A stretch of 64,000 nt of DNA. Origin: Chloroflexota bacterium. Its GTDB lineage: Bacteria > Chloroflexota > Anaerolineae > JAAYZQ01. Each line of letters starts with the position of its first letter. The first letter of the stretch is position 1. Positions 57,095 to 64,000 of the stretch are shown piece by piece. The stretch lies in NCBI GenBank assembly GCA_018606645.1, contig JAGVRI010000008.1:68036-132035 (forward strand), read 5' to 3'. The notes beneath the pieces are model-generated. The model made no database searches and was not told the DNA's origin. It saw only the letters and a list, made by a program, of their open reading frames with translations. Made by a program: the position numbers and the translations under genes.

Positions 57095-57877
57095 TTACGA
57101 GGCCAGAAAATCCATCAAGATGGAATAGAATTGCTCAGGCTCATCCAGCATAGGGAAGTGTCGGGAGCCGGCCATCATCTCGACTCGCGCTGCCGGTACG
57201 CTATCGAACAATTCTGCCTGGCGGGGGTCCACGATCTTGTCGCCTCGTCCATACACCCCCAAGGTGGGCATCTGCAATTCTCCGATTCTAGGTCTCAGAT
57301 CGGTGTGATGGAGCGAGTGAATGCTCCACAGAAAAGATTCCAGGGTCATTTTGGATAGGTCGTGCATGAGCAACTGATACCACTGGCTCCAATTGGCAGC
57401 GATCCAGGGAGCAAACAGTTTGATACCCAGACGCAGCAGTGAGGGGGAGTTCCAGACGAGAAAGGCGATCCATGGATACCCGGCGAGCTTCAAGAAGATG
57501 TTTAATGAGCGGCCGTCGATCGGGGAACCGACGGCAGCTACCTTCTCAACCCGTTCAGGATGATCGAGGGCCAGGTTCAAAGCCACTGTCCCTCCCATAG
57601 AATGGCCGATCACCGGCGCACGGGAGATGCCCAACTGCTCCATGAACTGATCCACCAGGTCCACAAAATCAGCGAGTGAATATTTTTCTCGGCGTTTATC
57701 CGATTCGCCAAATCCCCAGAAATCCAAGGCATAGGTTCGGTATCGGGACGAGAGGGCTTCCATTGTGCCCAGCCAACACCCCCAGGAACCGAGCCAACCA
57801 TGGAGCAACACCACCGGCCTGCCCCGGCCTACCACCTCATAATGGACGATCCCCTGATCGGTAACGACCGAGCTCAA
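57095..57877 (-). CDS. Alpha/beta fold hydrolase
   Basis: LHGW, DFWGFGES, GHSMGG nucleophile elbow, Asp (GDKIV) and His (SRHFP) of the triad. Confidence 0.92.
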   Translation of the reverse strand: MSSVVTDQGIVHYEVVGRGRPVVLLHGWLGSWGCWLGTMEALSSRYRTYALDFWGFGESDKRREKYSLADFVDLVDQFMEQLGISRAPVIGHSMGGTVALNLALDHPERVEKVAAVGSPIDGRSLNIFLKLAGYPWIAFLVWNSPSLLRLGIKLFAPWIAANWSQWYQLLMHDLSKMTLESFLWSIHSLHHTDLRPRIGELQMPTLGVYGRGDKIVDPRQAELFDSVPAARVEMMAGSRHFPMLDEPEQFYSILMDFLAS

Positions 57878-57914
57878 CGTCTCTCTCTGATGCGGACCTG
57901 TGCCTGAGGGCTTG

Positions 57915-58286
57915 TCAGATCAGCCGCCCCAAATCCTCGGCAGCGCGTCGCATGTCAAGGAATACTAACCCCAACTTGGCGTCCGGACGGGCAAGTACTG
58001 TAAGGACAGCCTCTTCTCCTACCGCACTCAGGATCACATAACCATTCGTTCCACGGATATATACCTGTTCGAGCGTCCCCCGCCGGAGCTCACTGGCGAT
58101 CCGTTCTCCCAGGCTGAGCATGGCTGCGCTCATCGCCGAGACGCGCTCTTCCTCCACATCCGGGGGCAGGGCCGAGGCGATGATCAACCCGTCCACGCTG
58201 ACCAAAGCCGAAGCCTCGATGTCGGGCGTGCTGTGCTGCAAATCTTTGAGCCGTACCACCATCTGTTCTGTGCGTGTACGTGGCAT
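57915..58286 (-). CDS. Roadblock/LC7 protein (MglB/CvnB-like)
   Basis: ALVSVDGLIIAS, VSAMSAAMLSLGERI..EL..G.LEQV.I.G..GYV, KLGL. Confidence 0.92.
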   Translation of the reverse strand: MPRTRTEQMVVRLKDLQHSTPDIEASALVSVDGLIIASALPPDVEEERVSAMSAAMLSLGERIASELRRGTLEQVYIRGTNGYVILSAVGEEAVLTVLARPDAKLGLVFLDMRRAAEDLGRLI

Positions 58287-58341
58287 AGAGCCCTACCTCC
58301 TTGCCGCCAAGGGCGGATGATACCGCACGGTCAGCGCTCGC

Positions 58342-58872
58342 TTATTCAGGCACCGTTTCCAGAATACTATACAATAGTTCCAGCAGAACCTTCTTTACAC
58401 TCTCTTTGTCGGTGGCCACACAGGGCAGCACTTTGACCCCAGGATGGATCTTGAGAGCGATGCGCAAATCCTCCACCGGCCATGCATCTGCCAGGTCCTG
58501 CTTGTTCGCCGCTACTACATAGGGCGTGTCGGCATAAGTCCGAAACACATCCAGAATCTGTCTCGCCTCGCGGAAGGTTTCAGGGCGTGTGCTGTCTACC
58601 AGGACGATAAAGCCCAGCATCCCCTCCGAGAGGATCTCCCACATGAAATCAAAACGCTTTTGCCCAGGTGTCCCAAATAGATACAGGACCAGATCGTTAT
58701 CCACCGTGATCCGGCCAAAGTCCATGGCCACCGTAGTTTCCTTTTTGATCCGGGATGAGGTATCGGTAATCTTGCGTTCGGTCGAGACGACCTCGATCTC
58801 GCTTACGGACCGAATGAATTCCGTCTTGCCTGCGTTGAACGGCCCAGTAATCACCATCTTTACCGTCTGCAT
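58342..58872 (-). CDS. Small GTPase, MglA/CvnD type
   Basis: GPFNAGKT P-loop, TTVAMDFG, LFGTPGQKRF.FMW, NKQD; ATG at 58872 chosen. Confidence 0.92.
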   Translation of the reverse strand: MQTVKMVITGPFNAGKTEFIRSVSEIEVVSTERKITDTSSRIKKETTVAMDFGRITVDNDLVLYLFGTPGQKRFDFMWEILSEGMLGFIVLVDSTRPETFREARQILDVFRTYADTPYVVAANKQDLADAWPVEDLRIALKIHPGVKVLPCVATDKESVKKVLLELLYSILETVPE

Positions 58873-58950
58873 CTCTGCGTCTATCCTATTTGTCTTCCAT
58901 CGGTTGAGATACTGCCACACACGGGACGCGTGTTGAGCTAGATGCCAGAA

Positions 58951-59769
58951 TCACAAACGCTTGATGCGGTTGATCAACTTGTGGATGACCGAGCGTTTGG
59001 CTGCCGGCGAGCGAGAAACCATTTCGGTGACCGGGGGTTGCTTCGGCGGCAGACCTTCGGGCTCCACGATCTCGACCAGGCCGACCTGAAGGAGACCATA
59101 GACCAGCTTGCGAATTTGAAATTCATCCATGCCGATCCGCTGGGCGATCTGTTTGATCGAGTTGCGAGGGTTGATATAGGAGATGACCCGCCACTCGTCC
59201 ACGGTGAGGTTGATGTTGCGCAGTTGGGTTTGAGGACGATCGGTAAACTTGAGGGCCATGTTCAGGTCCGGCAATTCGTCTTTGAGTCGTTCCCACTCCT
59301 TCATCCGGCGGCTGCCTTCGAGGATGATATTCTCCAGGTCAATGGACACGGTGATCACATCCTCAGAGGGCAACCGGTTAGGCTCAAAATGGAACAGACC
59401 ATCGGACCAGGCAAACAGGCCATACACAGTCTCCAGGATGTCGCGTCGGACGCTATCCACGATATCACGTTGGCTCAGATAACCAGCGCTGATGAGGAGC
59501 ATAGCCAGTTCCTTGTCGCTGCGATCGGCCGCGTGTTGGCGGATGCCTCGCGCCTGCTCCTCGGTAAGCCGACCTGCACGGGCCAACATGCTGGTCAGGT
59601 GCCCGTCCTGGCCGCTGGTAGCCGCGTACACCAATTTGCCTTCTCGGAAGAACAAGGACGTCACACCGGAAGGAACCTGGATGGTCAAGGCACCGGTCTT
59701 GCGGGCCAGATGAATCAGATTCAGGAGTTGGGTTGTGCTAAAGTCCCTGAGGTTGCCTTTTAGCGCCAT
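58951..59769 (-). CDS. DUF4388 (PATAN-like) domain protein with probable C-terminal winged helix
   Basis: MALKGNLRDFS..QLLNLI....KTGAL, FF.EG.LVYA, LFAW.DG.FHF; LTVDEWRVI...LLQVGLVE. Confidence 0.88.
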   Translation of the reverse strand: MALKGNLRDFSTTQLLNLIHLARKTGALTIQVPSGVTSLFFREGKLVYAATSGQDGHLTSMLARAGRLTEEQARGIRQHAADRSDKELAMLLISAGYLSQRDIVDSVRRDILETVYGLFAWSDGLFHFEPNRLPSEDVITVSIDLENIILEGSRRMKEWERLKDELPDLNMALKFTDRPQTQLRNINLTVDEWRVISYINPRNSIKQIAQRIGMDEFQIRKLVYGLLQVGLVEIVEPEGLPPKQPPVTEMVSRSPAAKRSVIHKLINRIKRL

Positions 59770-59867
59770 GTCGATCGATCCTCAACCCGCCATCAGATTG
59801 GGCACAACACTTGGACCGAGGGATGAACGGCTGAGCCCCGGCCTGCTCCCGGAAACCATCTTGGCTC

Positions 59868-59896
59868 ATTATACCCGGTCTCTAAGGATATGTCAA
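59868..59896 (-). promoter_or_regulatory. Consensus sigma70 promoter of the DUF4388-GTPase operon
   Basis: Minus strand reads TTGACA (59896-59891)-17 nt-TATAAT (59873-59868). Confidence 0.88.
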
Positions 59897-59948
59897 CCGT
59901 CTTACGGGTCCAATCCAGAGGCGTAATTGACTTGGGCTCCAGGCGGAC

Positions 59949-59978
59949 TTGAAGAAAAATCCTTGGCTGTGCTATAAT
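59949..59978 (+). promoter_or_regulatory. Divergent sigma70 promoter (extended -10) for the DUF3048 gene
   Basis: TTGAAG-18 nt-TATAAT with TG at 59970-59971. Confidence 0.7.
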
Positions 59979-60034
59979 GGGCAACGCTCACTACGAGACG
60001 AAAAGCTGTTCCGAGCCAGGGAGGGCCAGTCCGA

Positions 60035-61300
60035 ATGGATGAAAGACGAAGAGGATGGGGAATGGCGGCCGTTGCGGCGGGGCTTTTTCTGGTTGCTCTC
60101 TATCTTGGGAGCTGCCTGGCGCCCAATGACGGCGATGTGACGCCCACGCCGACCAAGACGCCGCGGCCTATCAGTACCCTGGCCTCGGTGCTCCCCACCT
60201 GTACTCCAACGCCCTCTCCGTCGGCCCTTCCGGCCTTGGCCGTAGCGCCAGTCTCCACCGATGTCCTGGTCTTGAATCCGACAGCAGTAGTGACCCCAAC
60301 CCTCACCCCGTGGCCCACGCTGGCTCCAGGAATTTGTCCCCTTACGGGCAAGCCGGTGAGCGATCTGGCTTTGTTGGAGCGACGTCCGCTGGCCATCAAG
60401 GTCCAGAATGCGACCCTGTCTCGTCCTCAGTTCGGTCTGCCCCAGGCTGACCTGGTCTACGAACATCTCTCTGAAGCCGGGATCACCCGTTTCACGGCTA
60501 TTTATCTCTGTCAGCAAGTCCAGAAGGTCGGGTCTGTCCGCAGCGCGCGCTTCATTGACCTGGAGATCCCGGCGATGTACAAGAGCCTCTTCGCCTTTTC
60601 TGGAACCAGCCCCGGCTTGTATCCCAAGTTCAAAAACGCAGACTTTCGAGAGCGTGAATTCTGGTACGATCAAGGCATCCATTCGGAAGGGTTTTATCGT
60701 GACCAGGAGCTACGCGCCAAGGGGGTTCCGATCGAGCACACCCTTTTCGCCGATGCGGTCAAGATTTGGGAGATCGCCGACCGATTGGGGATCAATCAGC
60801 CCCAGGATCTGCAGGGATTGGCGTTCTCGGCCGAGACGCCGTCGGGCGGCGAGCCAGCTCCTCATATCCACATTCCATATCCCCATCGGGATATGATCGT
60901 GGACTATTACTATGATCCGGCTCTGGGTGTGTACCGTCGGTGGGACGGGAATCAACCCCATGTGGACGCAGCAACGGGTGAACCGATCACGGTCACCAAC
61001 GTCGTCGTCATCTATGCCAACCACGTAGACGCTGATTTCTACGAGGATTATCCACGGACCAACCATCCCTCGGTCCAGATCCAGTTGTGGGGCACCGGCC
61101 CGGCGGTCATCTTTCGCGATGGTCAGGCGTTTGAAGGGCTGTGGGCTCGTCCGAAACGAGAGGACATGGTGGTCTTTCGCGATCCAACTGGACAGGTTCC
61201 CATTCCGTTGAAGCCAGGCAATACCTGGATTCAACTGGTCCCGTTGCCAGGCCACCGTTGGACCTTTGAAGTGACATGGGATGCGCAGCCTGAGCCCTGA
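60035..61300 (+). CDS. DUF3048 family (YerB-like) exported protein/lipoprotein with Pro/Thr linker
   Basis: CPLTG, RRPLAIKVQN, RPQFGL..ADLVYE, EAGITRF, GSVRSAR, G.A..FRDG, LKPGNTWI; possible lipobox LGSC. Confidence 0.88.
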   Translation: MDERRRGWGMAAVAAGLFLVALYLGSCLAPNDGDVTPTPTKTPRPISTLASVLPTCTPTPSPSALPALAVAPVSTDVLVLNPTAVVTPTLTPWPTLAPGICPLTGKPVSDLALLERRPLAIKVQNATLSRPQFGLPQADLVYEHLSEAGITRFTAIYLCQQVQKVGSVRSARFIDLEIPAMYKSLFAFSGTSPGLYPKFKNADFREREFWYDQGIHSEGFYRDQELRAKGVPIEHTLFADAVKIWEIADRLGINQPQDLQGLAFSAETPSGGEPAPHIHIPYPHRDMIVDYYYDPALGVYRRWDGNQPHVDAATGEPITVTNVVVIYANHVDADFYEDYPRTNHPSVQIQLWGTGPAVIFRDGQAFEGLWARPKREDMVVFRDPTGQVPIPLKPGNTWIQLVPLPGHRWTFEVTWDAQPEP

Positions 61301-61336
61301 GTTGATTCAATTGTTAAGGAACCATATCCGCAGCCT

Positions 61337-62152
61337 GTGGGCCCGGATGCCATTGTGATTTGGATTATAGCATACGGCTCAGTCCGACACAATAGGCTTT
61401 TGGTAAGGGATGGGGGGCAGTCAGGGGCGAACGGATATGGTGGAGAGGTAACAGGTTGCGTGTCTGCTCGAGGAATTGGCCAGGGCCCGCGAGAACTGTC
61501 CGGCCGTGATGGTCCGATCGCTCACCATGTGCAGCCCTGGCTCCAGGCCAGGGTGAAACTGATGCCTGACCTGTTGGTTCAGTCACCCCCCTGGGTTCGT
61601 GCCGTGTTCGATCATGCCTGGGTGCCGGTGCGGATGCTGGCTCAACAGCTCCAGTGTTTGCCCGCTGCTTTGTGGGCGTTTCTCCTGAGCTGCCAGGGAG
61701 GTTACGTGGTGCTCACTGCTGGCGAGTCCCAGTATGCTCCCGGCCCCGCGACCCTTCGGCGTCGAACGGTGCAGAATGTAGCTTGGATCTCGATCCAGGA
61801 CCTGGCCCGGAACAGCGAACGGCCGCTTCACATTATCGGCCATCTGATCGATCACCACCTGGGATGCGCGGGCGAGGAGGGCCCCTGGTTCTCTGAAGGA
61901 GGAGGGGTAGTGCCGATTTGGAGGGAAGAGGGGGCGCGACTTCAGGGATTGTTTGCGCTCGGTTATGGGGTCGATGAGATAGCGCGGTTGAGCCTACGCG
62001 ATTATTTTGCCCAATCGCTGGCTTATTATTGCCGGGACCGAAAGCATCTGAACATGGTCGATCCACCAATGGAAAGATGGCTTCGTCACACATTATGGAA
62101 TCGAACCTTCTGGCAAGTTGCTGTCCAAGGACAGCGTTCATCCGATACGTGA
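61337..62152 (+). CDS. Hypothetical protein with degenerate anthrax-lethal-factor-like zincin motifs
   Basis: LHIIGHLIDH and RDYFAQSLAYY; true start probably GTG at 61460 or later. Confidence 0.55.
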   Translation: MGPDAIVIWIIAYGSVRHNRLLVRDGGQSGANGYGGEVTGCVSARGIGQGPRELSGRDGPIAHHVQPWLQARVKLMPDLLVQSPPWVRAVFDHAWVPVRMLAQQLQCLPAALWAFLLSCQGGYVVLTAGESQYAPGPATLRRRTVQNVAWISIQDLARNSERPLHIIGHLIDHHLGCAGEEGPWFSEGGGVVPIWREEGARLQGLFALGYGVDEIARLSLRDYFAQSLAYYCRDRKHLNMVDPPMERWLRHTLWNRTFWQVAVQGQRSSDT

Positions 62153-62165
62153 GGGAAGGTAGACC

Positions 62166-63182
62166 GTGATCACTTTGGGTCAGATTGGACTGGGCCGCTG
62201 GGGACCGAATGTCCTGCGCAATTTCATGAGCCTACCTGGCGGTCGGGTGAAGAGATGTTGTGATCTGGACGAACGGGCTCTGGCCAGGGCCAGATCGTCC
62301 TATCCCGATTTGCAGATCACCACTGAGTATGGCGAGCTGCTTGACGATCCGGAAATCGATGCGATCGTGATCACTTCGTCAGCTCGCTCGCACTATGCGC
62401 TGGCGAAGGCGGCTCTAGAACAGGGAAAGCATGTTTTTGTGGAAAAGCCGCTGGCATTGCGCGTAACGGAAGGGCAGGAGTTGGTTTCTCTGGCGCGGAA
62501 GCAGGGCCTGCGCCTCATGGTGGGGCACCTCCTGCTGTATCATCCGGCGGTCCAGCGGCTGAAGGCGTATATCGACAGTGGCGAGTTGGGCGAGATCCGC
62601 TATATCTATTCACAACGGCTGAATCTGGGACAGGTCCGTCAGGATGAGAATGCGATGTGGAGCCTGGCTCCGCACGACATTTCGGTCGCCCTCTATCTGT
62701 TAGATCGGGAGCCCGAATCGGTCAGCGCCCAGGGACGCGACTATCTACGCGTCGGCGTGCCCGATCTGGTCTTTCTGACGATGAGCTTTGCCAACGGCGT
62801 GCTGGCTCACTGCCATGTAAGCTGGCTGGACCCCCATAAGGTGCGGAGCTTTACCGTGGTAGGGAGCAAAAAGATGGCGGTGTTCGACGATATGGCCGGT
62901 CGTGAGAAGCTGCGCATCTTTGATCAGGGGGTGGATTTCCCGGAGGTGGGGTATGGCGACCTGCACACGTTGCGCTTTGGCGATATCTATATCCCGCGTA
63001 TTGACATGACCGAACCACTGGCCCTGGAATGTCAGCACTTCCTGGAGTGTGTCCGGGATGGAAAGACCCCTCTAACCGACGGAGAGAACGGCCTGGCTGT
63101 GTTGCGAGTGTTGACGGCTGCCCAGCAATCCCTTGATCGAGAGGGAGAGCGGGTTGTGCTTCAAGACGTTGCAGGGACTTGA
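62166..63182 (+). CDS. Gfo/Idh/MocA oxidoreductase (WbpB/WlbA-like)
   Basis: GLGRWG, KHVFVEKPL, MVGH, LAPHDIS, SWLDPHK.R, EPL..EC.HF. Confidence 0.9.
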   Translation: MITLGQIGLGRWGPNVLRNFMSLPGGRVKRCCDLDERALARARSSYPDLQITTEYGELLDDPEIDAIVITSSARSHYALAKAALEQGKHVFVEKPLALRVTEGQELVSLARKQGLRLMVGHLLLYHPAVQRLKAYIDSGELGEIRYIYSQRLNLGQVRQDENAMWSLAPHDISVALYLLDREPESVSAQGRDYLRVGVPDLVFLTMSFANGVLAHCHVSWLDPHKVRSFTVVGSKKMAVFDDMAGREKLRIFDQGVDFPEVGYGDLHTLRFGDIYIPRIDMTEPLALECQHFLECVRDGKTPLTDGENGLAVLRVLTAAQQSLDREGERVVLQDVAGT

Positions 63183-63191
63183 GGGGAGAAG

Positions 63192-63944
63192 ATGAGCCAG
63201 GCGAGCATTGATCCGACCGCTGAACTGGGAGAAGGTTGCCACTTGGGGCAGAACGTTGTGGTGATGGAAGGAGTCAGACTGGGAAAAGGCGTCGTCGTCG
63301 GGCATCACGTGGTTCTCCATCCCGGCACAGTCCTGGGGGACGAGGTGACGGTGGGGGATCACAGTGTGCTGGGTCGGCAGCCCAAGCCGGCCAAAACGAG
63401 CACGCTGAGGTCTGCCGACGAACTCGCGCCGCTGGAAATCGGGTCCGGCACCACCGTCGGTAGCGGCGTGGTGCTCTATGCGGGAACTCGCATTGGCTGC
63501 GATTGTTTCATCGCCGACCATGCGTTCATCCGCGAGAAATGTGTGATCGGTGATGCGGTTTTAATTGGTCGCGGGGTCACGGTGGAAAACGAAACGACCA
63601 TTGGCTCCTACACCAAGATCCAGTCTCAGGCGTACATCACTGCCTGGACCACCATTGAGGATCACGTCTTTATTGCTCCCTGTGTGGTGACGACCAACGA
63701 CAATTTCATGGGACGCACGGCGGAGCGCTTCAAGTACCGGAAGGGGCCTACCATCCGATATGGCGCCCGGGTGGGAGCGAACGTGACTCTACTGCCGGGC
63801 ATTACCGTCGGCCGAGAGGCGTTTGTGGCCGCGGGTTCCGTGGTCACCCGGGATGTGCCTGACGAGACGCTGGTGATGGGGAGTCCGGCACGGCCGGTGC
63901 GGGCGGTGCCGGAGCGGGAGTTCGTGGAGCCTCCTGCTGGATGA
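63192..63944 (+). CDS. Hexapeptide-repeat N-acetyltransferase (WbpD/WlbB-like)
   Basis: Extensive hexapeptide repeats, [36 protein letters not shown]. Confidence 0.88.
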   Translation: MSQASIDPTAELGEGCHLGQNVVVMEGVRLGKGVVVGHHVVLHPGTVLGDEVTVGDHSVLGRQPKPAKTSTLRSADELAPLEIGSGTTVGSGVVLYAGTRIGCDCFIADHAFIREKCVIGDAVLIGRGVTVENETTIGSYTKIQSQAYITAWTTIEDHVFIAPCVVTTNDNFMGRTAERFKYRKGPTIRYGARVGANVTLLPGITVGREAFVAAGSVVTRDVPDETLVMGSPARPVRAVPEREFVEPPAG

Positions 63945-64000
63945 AAACGACCACGTATGGGTGCTGATACGTTGACGAAGGCCCGCTTGCTGTTGATCCG

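Overview
Bacterial genomic window, high-GC backbone. Gene content and protein motifs suggest Chloroflexota, probably Anaerolineae; this is inference, not a database result. The + strand from about 2.9 to 42.4 kb is a large surface-glycan locus: a NusG-paralogue antiterminator, SDR epimerases, a lower-GC Wzx/Wzy/glycosyltransferase block, FnlABC (L-FucNAc), PglF/E/D/C-like genes, Wzc, and a module with an O-antigen-ligase-like protein, DUF4012, two GH-A-like proteins and a Pro/Thr-rich protein. About 12 small toxin-antitoxin-type and four-helix-bundle genes or remnants are wedged between the glycan genes. The strongest unexplained signal is a set of CAGAGGT-type heptamer arrays. One inverted pair can form a 35-bp stem (27 Watson-Crick pairs, 6 G-U pairs, 2 mismatches) around a four-helix-bundle gene, and related arrays sit in frame inside fnlB. 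Diverged copies of glycan-gene 3' regions bracket two of the inserted blocks. Next come TetR, SDR, acyl-CoA dehydrogenase, GT2 and WcaJ genes. A minus-strand conservon-like operon follows (DUF4388, MglA/CvnD-type GTPase, roadblock, alpha/beta hydrolase, V4R, degenerate NTP-transferase-LbH, acyl-ACP-reductase-like, REC-degenerate GGDEF, 4xGAF hybrid kinase) behind a consensus sigma70 promoter. The window ends with DUF3048, a degenerate zincin-like gene and WbpB/WbpD-like genes. No rRNA, tRNA, CRISPR array, integrase or transposase was seen. All family assignments come from motif recognition by eye.
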